A stretch of 62,808 nucleotides of DNA, counting the filler, from Globobulimina sp. (taxonomy: Eukaryota): the NCBI GenBank assembly GCA_003354225.1. It is 47 parts of 47 records of this genome, joined end to end, with 100 filler letters (N's around TTAATTAATTAA, not from the genome) between each part and the next. Parts side by side here need not be neighbours in the genome. Positions count along the whole stretch, not along the records: positions 48,197 to 49,434 come from PIVH01020349.1; positions 49,535 to 50,772 come from PIVH01020350.1; positions 50,873 to 52,110 come from PIVH01020351.1; positions 52,211 to 53,448 come from PIVH01020352.1; positions 53,549 to 54,786 come from PIVH01020353.1; positions 54,887 to 56,123 come from PIVH01020354.1; positions 56,224 to 57,460 come from PIVH01020355.1; positions 57,561 to 58,797 come from PIVH01020356.1; 39 more parts are not named here. The stretch is one strand, 5' to 3'. Numbering within the stretch: position 1 is the first letter of the stretch; each line of letters begins with the position of its first letter. Shown here one piece after another: positions 48,477 to 60,234 of the stretch. Under the pieces are notes generated by a model. It was not told where the DNA came from and did no database searches. It saw nothing but the letters and a program-made list of their open reading frames with translations. The position numbers and the translations under genes were made by a program.

Positions 48477-49434
48477 TTAGTTATTTTCGCTTTGATTTGG
48501 AAATATTATTTCAGTCTCAACCTCCTCTTCGATTACAACCGGCGAGTCAACTTCTTGAATGCCAAACGAATCCCAGTCAAAATGCAAATCCTGTGTCGCC
48601 AATGCATTTGCTAACAATGCGAATTTATTGTCATCATAAACCGTATCAAAACCATTTATAAATCTATACGCAACGGGCTCCGCTGCGCCAGCGCGACCTA
48701 AACTGTCTGAGCCAGATCGCGATCTCGATCTTGATCCTGACCGTCCCCTTGTTTTTATATCTGTGAACGGTGTCACTGCCGCTGAATGATTTCCATTCGC
48801 ATTGACCGATGACAACGAAACACTGCGTCGATTCTCTCCATCCCCATCTCCATTTATATTGCTATTCGTATTGGTATTTGATTCAACCAAACTGTGTTTC
48901 TTTTTATTTTTAGTTTGAATCGGTGCTGGATTCCTCAATGTGGTGGTAAACGTTTCCGTTTTTGTATGATAATGTTCAGTAATTAACAAATCTGGTGATT
49001 GCACATTATTTTTTGGTGATTCTGCGATAGTTTCCAACCTATTTATACTTTCCAACCTATTCTCATCCAAAAACTCAACGTCTTCCTGTTGTTGTCGCGT
49101 ATATGACCGATAATTGCGGCAAAATTGGCACGATAAAAGATGTAGCAATGCAATGAAATAATCGCTAAATGCCATATCTGCCGATTTTCCAGCCACATAA
49201 TTGATAATAATCAGCACAGAAAAGCATAGAATAATCAATGGCTGCCATAGCAACAACGATTGAATCACGGTCAAACCTAATGATAATACAAAGCGTCGAG
49301 AATCAGTCACTTGATCACCAAAAGAACCATCGGCCTCACCCCGGAAATTGGGCTGTTTGTACTCTTCCACAGCGGTCTTATCCACCGAATATTGCATCAA
49401 TTGAGCCATAGAAATATCACTTAGATTGCTGGGA
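48477..49434 (-). CDS. Membrane protein C terminus with low-complexity tail (PKD/REJ-like)
   Basis: RFVLSLGLTVIQSLLLWQPLII TM segments. Confidence 0.5.
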
Positions 49435-49534
49435 NNNNNNNNNNNNNNNNNNNNNNNNNNNNNNNNNNNNNNNNNNNNTTAATTAATTAANNNNNNNNNN
49501 NNNNNNNNNNNNNNNNNNNNNNNNNNNNNNNNNN

Positions 49535-50323
49535 AAAAATTCAGAATTGCATTGCTTGATCTTTGGAATAGTTATATTTTGTTTAACGGTGGAAGGCACA
49601 TTATTTATTAAATTATTGTTTATTGAAGCAATAAAAGGCGCATTTTCAAGAGGCTCAGACACCTTAAAATGTTCAAGCAAAGCAATATGGAGCTTGAGGA
49701 TTTTGGTGATTATTCATTCAATTATAAATCATGGGCTAATTATTTATCGTTACAAATTTACCGCTGAACAATTAACGGATTCACAATCATTGTACGTATG
49801 CGCAAGATATAATATTCTTTCAGATACACTGTTGATGGTATCGATTATAATAGGCACACTAACTTACATCATTATTATGATTGTATTTTTGTGGAAAACA
49901 TACATACTGATTACGTCAACACCAGCGCATATGATAGCAACGTTGTCAACGCAATATTTAGAATCAATCATTTCTGTTGCTATAAAACAATCATTAATTA
50001 GTGTGGCAATTATAGCATCTGGGATGATAACACTTTGCATTGATTCAAAGTTTTTAAGAATAGTACCTCTATATGATTTAATCAGTGGTGGGTGTGTATT
50101 CATGTGGTTTAAATTTGGTGACAAATGTTATTCATGTGTGTTTGGAAAATGTCATTATCGTCTTTTGAATATGTGGATTAAAAACATTCGAAAGCCTGTG
50201 GAAGAAAAGTTGGAATCACACATAGAAAATATATATGAAACCGGTAGTGCCAAACACAGTATAACTGAAATAAATTTAGTGACATTGTCAGAAAAAAAGA
50301 AAAGGCAAGTCGCCAAGCAATAG
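49535..50323 (+). CDS. Multi-pass (7TM-like) membrane protein
   Basis: Series of hydrophobic helices; CYSCVFGKCH tail. Confidence 0.6.
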   Translation, partial: KNSELHCLIFGIVIFCLTVEGTLFIKLLFIEAIKGAFSRGSDTLKCSSKAIWSLRILVIIHSIINHGLIIYRYKFTAEQLTDSQSLYVCARYNILSDTLLMVSIIIGTLTYIIIMIVFLWKTYILITSTPAHMIATLSTQYLESIISVAIKQSLISVAIIASGMITLCIDSKFLRIVPLYDLISGGCVFMWFKFGDKCYSCVFGKCHYRLLNMWIKNIRKPVEEKLESHIENIYETGSAKHSITEINLVTLSEKKKRQVAKQ

Positions 50324-50875
50324 ATGAAAACTTTCTTAAATGTATGATTTCCATTTCACTTTTTTACAACTCGTTCCTCCATCAAGTTCAGATTGATGAT
50401 GAATTGTGTTTTTATTCTAGGTATACACAAATCAATTCAACTTTCAAATTTTATTGGAAATAGCAAATGATTAATAAGTGAAGAAAGATATGCATAATGA
50501 TATACTTCATCGATATTATTATTGAAAATTAACTTTTACAAATCACAACCATATGATCATTGAAAGCGAGATTTGAATGGTACAGTATAACATTCAACCA
50601 AATTATCAAAGATTGATGAGTGTTGATAACTGGTTGTACAGATCATTGTTACCTGAAGCAATTCACATCACAATACGGAACAATTGCGGCAATTATCAGT
50701 TCTTTATGCAGTCGTCGCTGTGCATCGAGGCTTTGAAGTTGATGACGATGTTATATTGCACCAAGTCGCAGCNNNNNNNNNNNNNNNNNNNNNNNNNNNN
50801 NNNNNNNNNNNNNNNNTTAATTAATTAANNNNNNNNNNNNNNNNNNNNNNNNNNNNNNNNNNNNNNNNNNNNGTT

Positions 50876-51673
50876 TTATTTGGTTTGTATTTCATCCGAT
50901 TGATTCCATAAATAATAACGAATCACAAGAACATAAAATAGGAGGGGAAGCATCCAACATGTCCACCAAAACAATTTATGATATTTTTTTTGGATATAAT
51001 GAATTTTCCAAAATTTAATACAGCGTGAAAACCAGATACAATCAGGAATCGCTAAGCACGACCATGCCGGAACAAAGGCATAATAAAATCTCGCATAAAG
51101 ATCAATTCTTTCCGAATAAAATCCATTTGAATGGTACGTAAATAATAATCGCAACGCATATTCAATAAATATAAGAACAACCACAATCCGATAAAAAATA
51201 AATGTTAATAATATACAGAGTGCGTTAACAAAACGAAATTTACGGATATATTCAGATTTTTTCGCTAAGTTTAATATTGAGATAATTTTATGTGAATTAA
51301 AAAATAAGCCACCAAATTGATTTGAAATCGCAAATAATATTCCAAATGCTTCATGATTATAACGGCAGAAACGAATAAAAAATGCTTCACAAAGATGATG
51401 CGCAATTGAGGTCAAATCCATTTTTTTAAATCCAAATTTCTGATATTTAACAAAAAGTTCTTCATAGAGTTCAAACACTAAATCTGCTACGCCGAGATGC
51501 ACCTGCTGCTGAATCAAATTATATGTGGCTGAATGACTATTTTGCACCATATCATAATGTCCAAAATGCTTATTTTGAACAATAAAATCAGCCATCGTTC
51601 GCAACCCCTTTATACTCAAATACATTTGCCACGGTGTCTTGAGACACAGCCACGTTAAACGTACCGACGACAT
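50876..51673 (-). CDS. TLC (TRAM/LAG1/CLN8) domain membrane protein
   Basis: IAHHL, TFIFYRIV, WFSRCIK; multiple TM segments. Confidence 0.7.
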   Translation of the reverse strand: MSSVRLTWLCLKTPWQMYLSIKGLRTMADFIVQNKHFGHYDMVQNSHSATYNLIQQQVHLGVADLVFELYEELFVKYQKFGFKKMDLTSIAHHLCEAFFIRFCRYNHEAFGILFAISNQFGGLFFNSHKIISILNLAKKSEYIRKFRFVNALCILLTFIFYRIVVVLIFIEYALRLLFTYHSNGFYSERIDLYARFYYAFVPAWSCLAIPDCIWFSRCIKFWKIHYIQKKYHKLFWWTCWMLPLLFYVLVIRYYLWNQSDEIQTK

Positions 51674-51810
51674 TGTTAGGTATCACTTATCAATTAAAAA
51701 TTGGTTGAAAATTCAAGAAAATTCAAAAAACAAAGCTGTACATAAAATTGATCCAAAATCCAATTACGTGGTAACTTGGAAGAAAAAAGAAATGATAAAA
51801 TATAAAAAAG

Positions 51811-52110
51811 TCAAGTAAAATATATTTGTTTGATGCAGTCTGTCCAAGTGATGTATAATTGGCTGTTTTCATCATAAACAATGTTAAACAAACAATGATA
51901 AATATCCTTGTAATTAATGACTTGTGTTTGTATCAATCGGTGATCAAATTGTTTCGTTTGATTTTTAACTTTATATTGCAATCTGTTTTGACGTATTGCA
52001 TGATAATAATGCTCCAACTCATAGCCCGGAATGCCAGTATCAAAATGGTGATGTGCATGATACTCAATCCCCATTGAAAATATTTTCAACAAAAACGGCA
52101 GTTTATGGCC
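51811..52110 (-). CDS. Fatty acid desaturase, C terminus
   Basis: MGIEYHAHHHF...IPGYEL third His box. Confidence 0.8.
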   Translation of the reverse strand, partial: GHKLPFLLKIFSMGIEYHAHHHFDTGIPGYELEHYYHAIRQNRLQYKVKNQTKQFDHRLIQTQVINYKDIYHCLFNIVYDENSQLYITWTDCIKQIYFT

Positions 52111-52352
52111 NNNNNNNNNNNNNNNNNNNNNNNNNNNNNNNNNNNNNNNNNNNNTTAATTAATTAANNNNNNNNNNNNNNNNNNNNNNNNNNNNNNNNNN
52201 NNNNNNNNNNGTGATTAACAATAACATGGTAAGCACGTTGTTATGTTACCTTGTTGATGTATTTGAGTGAAAAAGTTTTTTTAGTTTTTTTCATACGATA
52301 AAGCAAATAAGCGGGTTATACAACTTATATTATCTTATTTTATAAGTTATGC

Positions 52353-52407
52353 GCATGGTGTTGGCATGGTTGGCATGGTTGGCATGGTTGGCATCGTTGG
52401 CATGGTG
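52353..52407 (+). repeat. 9-bp microsatellite (TGGCATGGT)n
   Basis: About six near-perfect copies. Confidence 0.9.
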
Positions 52408-53548
52408 TTTCTGCTTTGCAGTATACAAATTGTAATTGGTGAGTTTGAGGCTTTGAGCACAGAATGATAAATCCGCCAAATAAGTAATGCACCATAAATT
52501 GTTGGATGTTTGTGAATGTGATTCATTTTTTTTACTCGCCAAGCACGCCAAGTTGATGATATTTTATTTGAATAATAATTTGTTTTACATGCAACAATAT
52601 TCATTTGTAATATGGGCAAACAGAAACAAATCAATAAAAGCTTAAAAATTATTTGAATGATTATATAATATTTATGGTATTATTCCATTCCATTTATTAT
52701 ATGATATGTATCACATCCATATTAAATTTGAAACGGCACATAATTAATTGAGATGAGATCTAATATGAAAATCAAAATCAAAATCAGAATCACTCGTTAG
52801 CATCAAAAGTATATTTGGTTTCTTGCAATTCAATCGTTTTAATATTTGTATTATTATATTCTTGTGCTTCTTCTTCAAATATTATCTCACAATCAGACCC
52901 TTCTTTTTTTTTCATTTAAATTAATATTTGTATTTTCAAATATTATTTCAATATTTAAATTATTCTCATCATTATAATAATAGTAATTTTCATACATTTG
53001 GATATTTTGCAGCTTCTTTTCGAATTCAGACTCGGTATACAATAAAAAGTCAGGAATCAGGATTGGTGTATGAGGTTTATGGACGTTGCCAAGTGTCAAG
53101 GAACAGAATTATAAATAGGTCCGACCACCACACGAGAAATCTTCATGATCACCAGGTGCGGTGCAATTTCGTTAAATAATTACATTTGTAGTTAAATATG
53201 GCTCAAAAAAAAAAAATAATTATTATTGGTTTTCTTGTTTTTCTGGTAATTTCGGATCTTTTTCCAACAATTGTCCATATTGGATGAGTGTATTTGTTGC
53301 AAAACATTTTTTAAATATAATCAAACTTGCGATGAGATCAATAATCCACATAATAGTTGAAGTAATTACGAAGTATTTGGTGGCGCCCTTATCATTTATT
53401 ATTTCTTTCACCATTAACAAGATTCCCGCAGAATTTAATTCTGTAAATNNNNNNNNNNNNNNNNNNNNNNNNNNNNNNNNNNNNNNNNNNNNTTAATTAA
53501 TTAANNNNNNNNNNNNNNNNNNNNNNNNNNNNNNNNNNNNNNNNNNNN

Positions 53549-54786
53549 GAACCTGCAAAAATAAAATTGTATATGTCCGATTTTTGGAATGATATTGTCG
53601 CTTTAGGGATTTGGCCTAAATCGGATGATAATATGAAACGACTAGGATTATGTGACATTATAAACGGCACCGATAAATTGGACTTAGAAAACGACATATC
53701 ATCAGCAGAAATGAAACAAGCTTTAGATAAACTGAAAAATAATACCTCATCAGGTACAACAAATATTCCTGCAGAATTTATGAAAAACTGGCCTACTGAA
53801 ATGATAGAAGCAGTACGAATCCTGTTTAATAACTGGTTCAATAGTGGGTTCTTTCCAGATATAGGGAAAACTCAGGAAGTCACATTACTACATAAAAAAG
53901 GATCAAAAAGTAATATAAAGAATTATAGAACACTAAGCCTGGGATGTAACTTATGCAAACTATATTTAATGATATTAACTAAAAGATTAGAATTGATATC
54001 CGAAAAGAAAAATTTACTTGGTTATATACAACACGGGTTCAGATCTAACAAAAGAATTGAGGATTGTATACTTACTATTCAACATACAGTACAAAAAGCA
54101 AAAAAAGGGAATAACTCAGCAACAATTGCCCTATTAGATATATGCAAAGCGTATGATAGAGTATGGAGACAAGGTTTATGGAAAAAACTTAAAGATTTAG
54201 GATTCCCGGATAAATTAATCAATGCAATTAAAAGTAGTTACAATGACCCAGGTGCAACAATAACTTTCCAAAACATAACAACTGAAAAATTATCAATGCC
54301 AGTTGGACTTAGACAAGGATGTACAATGTCACCATATTTATGGGCAATATTTATCTCGGACCTAGGTAAAGAAATTGAAAAATGTAACTATGGAATCAAT
54401 ATTGGAAACACTGAAAACAACAAAATTATATCAGGATTATTCTTTGCTGATGATATGCTCTTATTCGCTAAAAATGAGGAAAATATGGTAAAACTATTAA
54501 AAATAGTAGGGGATTACGCCCAAAAATGGAAAATTGAATTCTCAGGACCAAAAAGTTTAATAATACCCTTGAACAGAGAAACCGACAATGATAAAAAGTG
54601 GAAACTAGGAAAAAAATTCCTGAATGAAACGGACGAGACAGACATATATATTAAGGAAGAAAAAGAAGCAAAATACTTAGGAATAACACTTAGTAACAGC
54701 AATAAAGATATCACGAACCAACACAAATCTAAGTTAGGTGAACAAACAAAAAAAGAAGCATACAGATGTTTCAAACCAGCTCTGGC
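53549..54786 (+). mobile_element. Non-LTR (LINE) reverse transcriptase ORF fragment
   Basis: LHKKG...NYRTLSL, QHGFR, LDICKAYDRV, GLRQGCTMSP, FADD, KYLGI; frame intact. Confidence 0.96.
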
Positions 54787-55229
54787 NNNNNNNNNNNNNN
54801 NNNNNNNNNNNNNNNNNNNNNNNNNNNNNNTTAATTAATTAANNNNNNNNNNNNNNNNNNNNNNNNNNNNNNNNNNNNNNNNNNNNAAAGATAAACTATG
54901 GGGAAATAGATTGGTTATGGGGACATTGAATAATTTTGCATCTGGAGATGTGCAAAGTGGAGATGATGGTTTAGGACATGAGGATTTAGGATATGGGGAT
55001 TTAATGGGTGTGCACATAAACAATGAACAATAAACCGTAAACAATAAACAATTAAAGTATACAAATATAAATAATGATTGACCTTCTCCAATGTGATATT
55101 AGTGGCATATATATACTTATTATAATAAATCCAAACTTTAAAAAAGCTGAAATGCGATATCTGAAAAATAGCAAAATTGAAAATGATGCATATATAACAG
55201 TTCCCAAAATCCAAAATCAACGTGATGTG

Positions 55230-55425
55230 TCATGATCAACTTTTTTTAATCATTTGTGAATTGTTAGAGAAAAAGCTTAAGTAAATGTTCGTCTAATCCT
55301 TATCGTATCTATTAGAAACTGTAAATAAAGAAAGATCGTAATGTATTATAAATAAGGATTAGACGAACATTTACTTAAGCTTTTTCTCTAACAATTCGCA
55401 AATGATTAAAAAAAGTTGTTCATGA
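55230..55425. repeat. Inverted repeat: 74-bp arms, 48-bp spacer
   Basis: 55230-55303 is the reverse complement of 55352-55425 with 2 mismatches. Confidence 0.95.
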
Positions 55426-56223
55426 GCAAAACACAGTTACAAAGTTTTCTAATCTCGTTTACCTTGACATTATTGAATGCCATAATTAAATAAACAGCAT
55501 AAACAGCGCAGATCTGCAGTTTGGGCATATAGAAACTATAATTTACGATTAATAACACATTCGGAAAGGCAGAATCAAATGTATAATTTGAGGGTTAACA
55601 AATAGTATGTTCAACATATATAAACTTTCAGATAATATACAAAACTGACAGCATATCGTGGACTAAAAATGAAATAAAAGAAGCATATCTAATTTATGGT
55701 TCGCAATACAAAGTAAATATTATGAATATATTAAACCAGTTTTGGTATTAAATTGGATGATTTGGATGATTTGAAAGCATTGGTATTAAATTGGCAATTA
55801 TTCGGCAATCAGAACCCTTTGTTACTATTGATGAATGTAATAAAGCAAAAGAATCATTGAATAGTTTGCATCGTAATTGGTTGAATGCAAAGCAAACGCT
55901 AATGTTGAAGGAAAATATGCCGCCAAATAATATATTAGAATTGGCTGTGGATGGCCATGATGCGCTGGCAGAGGACAAAGGTTGATAATAATGATAATGT
56001 CTGTTGTCAGAGGTAGTGGGTACTGTCAATGTATTCGTATTGGAATATTTTGGGAAATACCCACTCGAATTATCAGTGCTGTTCGATGATAAAATCTGCG
56101 GATCCTTTGACATCATCATAGCCNNNNNNNNNNNNNNNNNNNNNNNNNNNNNNNNNNNNNNNNNNNNTTAATTAATTAANNNNNNNNNNNNNNNNNNNNN
56201 NNNNNNNNNNNNNNNNNNNNNNN

Positions 56224-56475
56224 TAGCTGTTGTTGTTGTTGTTTTTTTAGTTTAATTTTCTCGTTATTTTCTTTTATTTCTGTGAGTTCAAAATCTTGTA
56301 TCTGCTGTGATGTGTAATAGTGTTTGGGATTTGTTGTACATAAAGTGTTTAATAAGTTGTTTTGTTCTGAGTTGAGTACATTTTTACGTGCTAAATATCC
56401 GCGGATTTGAGACTGGATTACAATCGCAGAGTGTTCTTCATTTTGATTGTTTGAAATTTGTTGATCGTTATTCAT
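56224..56475 (-). CDS. IQ-motif protein, 5' end
   Basis: SAIVIQSQIRGYLARK. Confidence 0.8.
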
Positions 56476-56650
56476 TGTTTTTTTTTGTTATATTTTAATT
56501 AATCCATTATGAGCTTCAATATGAAAATTGACCCAATTAAAATGTGCCCATATATCAAGACAGGGAGATATATAATTAACGGCAACAAAAATAACCTTTT
56601 ATTTATCTTGAAGTTTTTCGCTTAGTGACACATTAAATCATTCCAACTCT

Positions 56651-57460
56651 ATGAACAGCCCACAAAGCGTTGTCTCACCAACTCAATTATTGCTTGAGTT
56701 AGTATGTAATCATGAAATGTATCAAACATTTCATATCTTATTACAGGATGAAAAAAGTGCAATTGAGGACTGCATCAAACAACAACCCAAACTATTCACA
56801 TCTTATCATATCATGCATATCAAATATTTTATGCATCAACATTGCAACAAACCAAATGCAAACTTATTATCTGATAATTTAGATGCAATATTACAGTCTC
56901 TTTGTCATTTAGTTCCAAATTATATACCCGACACATCCTACACATCAACTTTTTATCGCTTGCATCAAGAAATAAAAATTCAATCTATTTTGTTATGCAA
57001 CAAACCGCATCATATGATCAAAGATTTAGTAAATACAAATTTTAAACTGAATCCTGATCCATTTAATTTCCGTCATATCGATATCACCAAAGATATCAAC
57101 GCAAACCAAGACATTCAGTTTGATATTATTAATCTCATTGAAATCCTCGGCTGTATCAATAGAAAAAATAATAAAAATCATGACTCGCAGCAGAAAATTC
57201 AAGATTTCATGAAATTACATCCATTCCATACATTTAAATCGCAATTATTCGGCTTTTTAAATAACATTCAATCCGACGCCATGTTTTCTGATCCGTCCGC
57301 ATCGACAGATGTTTTCTATAACGTTGCACAAGAAATGTTATCAAAGCATAAACAAAATAAACCAACACAAACTAAACAGCAATATTTAGCTCAAATGCAG
57401 TATTTTTCCAAACCAAAAGCGCCAAAACCAATCAATGCAAATGAAGAGAAAAATGAGAAT
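56651..57460 (+). CDS. Hypothetical protein, 3' truncated
   Basis: 270-codon open frame from ATG. Confidence 0.6.
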
Positions 57461-57666
57461 NNNNNNNNNNNNNNNNNNNNNNNNNNNNNNNNNNNNNNNN
57501 NNNNTTAATTAATTAANNNNNNNNNNNNNNNNNNNNNNNNNNNNNNNNNNNNNNNNNNNNGGCAACCCGGTCGCCGTTTTGGATCTCGCCTGGGAGAGCG
57601 GACTCCAGGACCCCTCAGAGGCGCTTACTACTAGAACGGCCATGGGTGAAGGCCCCCAAGGCGACT

Positions 57667-58473
57667 TTACTGTCCACCAACATCACATTCCCAACAAATA
57701 ATTAAATCACATTCTTTTGCAGCACATTTATGGAAATTTATGCTTCTCAGATCTCTTAAATTACGAAAAAAATCGCATTCACAATTCTCATGTTTTAAAG
57801 AAATTTTATTATCACATTGTCCGCATTCAAATAATGAATTTTCTGTACAATAACAATTGGAACAAATTGAGCTGTCACATTCGGTGCATGTCCGCCCGCA
57901 TTCAAAATCAAAACAATAACAAAATCTTTTGCTACAAACAAAACATTGATTAAAATCTTCTATTACACAAACAGAACCACATTTTTTTCTCTTGTTATGA
58001 CAAACAGCACATTGAATGGTTCCGTATTTTGGTATAAATATTAATGATCCACACCGACAGTCTTCAGTATATATCATACATTCTGCACAGTAAAATTCAT
58101 CAAAACATACGGAATCATGTTTGTAATATTTATTATTCTGCATGAAATATTTTCCATTATTTTTATATTCCCAATCTTGAGCTAAATAAATAATTTTATT
58201 TGAGCATTTTTCATTTTTGCAATTCTCAACATTGCCAACTGAATATGCTGCAATTATTTCATTAATACATGCTGGAATTCGGAGTGTATTAATTAATTGA
58301 GTTGATTCAATACAATGTGCCAAGGAAGTGTATTGTTGTTGATCTTCCCAACAATGGAATTCAAACGCATTTTTTCTGGCTTTTTTGAGTGGTGGTTCAT
58401 ATTCAGCTATTTCAGCATTGTTACCATCTAGTGATGATTCAAATGTTCGCTTTTTTTGGGAACTGCCAGACAT
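57667..58473 (-). CDS. Cys-rich protein (multiple CxxC)
   Basis: NLS-like PPLKKARK; many CxxC pairs. Confidence 0.65.
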   Translation of the reverse strand: MSGSSQKKRTFESSLDGNNAEIAEYEPPLKKARKNAFEFHCWEDQQQYTSLAHCIESTQLINTLRIPACINEIIAAYSVGNVENCKNEKCSNKIIYLAQDWEYKNNGKYFMQNNKYYKHDSVCFDEFYCAECMIYTEDCRCGSLIFIPKYGTIQCAVCHNKRKKCGSVCVIEDFNQCFVCSKRFCYCFDFECGRTCTECDSSICSNCYCTENSLFECGQCDNKISLKHENCECDFFRNLRDLRSINFHKCAAKECDLIICWECDVGGQ

Positions 58474-58626
58474 TAGAACAGAAGATGACCAGATGAGATG
58501 AGTATTAGTGAGTACTGAACTTCAACAAACCATCAAAAACTTTTCAATCCTCCATTCTCCACTCACTTCAAAACACTCAACCTTTTATTTTATTCATTCG
58601 TTGAATCAAGCAATAAATTATTCATA

Positions 58627-58797
58627 ATGGCTATGCAAATCTTCGTGAAAACTTTAACCGGTAAAACAATTACATTGGATGTGGAACCAAACGACACCAT
58701 TCAAAATGTCAAAGCCAAGATCCAGGACAAAGAGGGAGTTATGTTTACCTGCTTACTTTACATAACAACACCAACAAATATTGAATTCCTAGATCCC
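58627..58797 (+). CDS. Ubiquitin (poly- or fusion), 5' part
   Basis: [37 protein letters not shown]; intron 58738-58792 then IP. Confidence 0.96.
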
Positions 58798-59141
58798 NNN
58801 NNNNNNNNNNNNNNNNNNNNNNNNNNNNNNNNNNNNNNNNNTTAATTAATTAANNNNNNNNNNNNNNNNNNNNNNNNNNNNNNNNNNNNNNNNNNNNGTG
58901 TTGGAGCAATGAAGACAAGTGATATTACAGCAAATATTGCCTCAATGCTTGAATTGTCACCTGTTAATTCAGTGAGTACTAATATGCAGAATGTAAAAGA
59001 TGTGGATACAAGTGCTTGGCCATAGATATTTGGATTTATGTTGATTTGATAATGTCTGATATATGTATTACTGTGTAGTATAATGTATACATATTTAAGT
59101 CATTTTTTTTTAACTAGAATCTGTAGTAGTATACAAAATTA

Positions 59142-60014
59142 ATGGCAGCTCCTTTACTAAACACTGACGAAGGACATCAGGAAAAGAATGATTATGAATG
59201 CAAACACAAAGAAAATCCATTGACAATATTTCTACATGAAAACAACTTGACTGATATGTGTCAAATATTTATATCTTCTAAATTAACATTAAACAATTTT
59301 AAAGAAATGGAATTATCTGATTTGAAATTATTGAGTGACTCATTCAATTTCAATATCACGCAACAAATTCGATTAAAACAAGCTGTGAAAAAATTACAAT
59401 TTAATGAGCAACCTGCAGCTGATAACAAGCAACAAATATCGAAAAAGTACAAACAAAAATTGACAAAATTTCAGTCTTTCTCATATAGAGCAGTTTGTAT
59501 CGGTGATTCGCGCGTTGGCAAAAGTTCAATATTAATAAAACTGGTAAAAAACGAGTTTGATCAATATAAATTCCCAACTATTGGAGCTCAGTTTTTTGTA
59601 CATAATATACCAATCGATGAGGAATTAAGAGCGGTGATTGAATGTTGGGACACTGCGGGACAAGAAAAATACAGAGATTTGGCGCCTTTATACTACAAAG
59701 GAGCCTATGCGTGTTTGGTTGTGTATGATATTACAAACAGAGAGAGTTTCGAGAATGGAAAAAAATGGGTTCAGGAAGTACATCACAGGGAAGGATTGCA
59801 TGTGAAAATATTATTGGTTGGTAATAAAACAGATTTATGTGAACACAGAGACGTTTCATTAGAGGAAGCTTTGAATTATGCCACTTCGAATTCAATTGGA
59901 TTTATTGAAACCAGTGCTAAAATGGGAACTAACTTTGATGCGTTGCGAGAATGGTTCAAGAAACAATCGAAATTGAAATGGAATCTTGATGGAGAAAATA
60001 TGGCAAGAAATTAG
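59142..60014 (+). CDS. Rab5-group GTPase with N-terminal SAM-like domain
   Basis: GDSRVGKSS, PTIGAQF, WDTAGQEKY..LAP.YY.GA, GNKTD, ETSAK. Confidence 0.9.
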   Translation: MAAPLLNTDEGHQEKNDYECKHKENPLTIFLHENNLTDMCQIFISSKLTLNNFKEMELSDLKLLSDSFNFNITQQIRLKQAVKKLQFNEQPAADNKQQISKKYKQKLTKFQSFSYRAVCIGDSRVGKSSILIKLVKNEFDQYKFPTIGAQFFVHNIPIDEELRAVIECWDTAGQEKYRDLAPLYYKGAYACLVVYDITNRESFENGKKWVQEVHHREGLHVKILLVGNKTDLCEHRDVSLEEALNYATSNSIGFIETSAKMGTNFDALREWFKKQSKLKWNLDGENMARN

Positions 60015-60234
60015 TAATACGTACGGCAAACCTTAAAGTAGAGCGTCTGTCTTTGTACCAATTGTGCTGTAAATACCATTAATTTGCAAACACAATATGG
60101 ACAAATAGAAACAATATACGGTCATATGACAACGNNNNNNNNNNNNNNNNNNNNNNNNNNNNNNNNNNNNNNNNNNNNTTAATTAATTAANNNNNNNNNN
60201 NNNNNNNNNNNNNNNNNNNNNNNNNNNNNNNNNN

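Noticed and set aside
52330-52634. HANHAN / MPTMPT repeat proteins
   Set aside because: Translations of a 9-bp microsatellite with no other coding support
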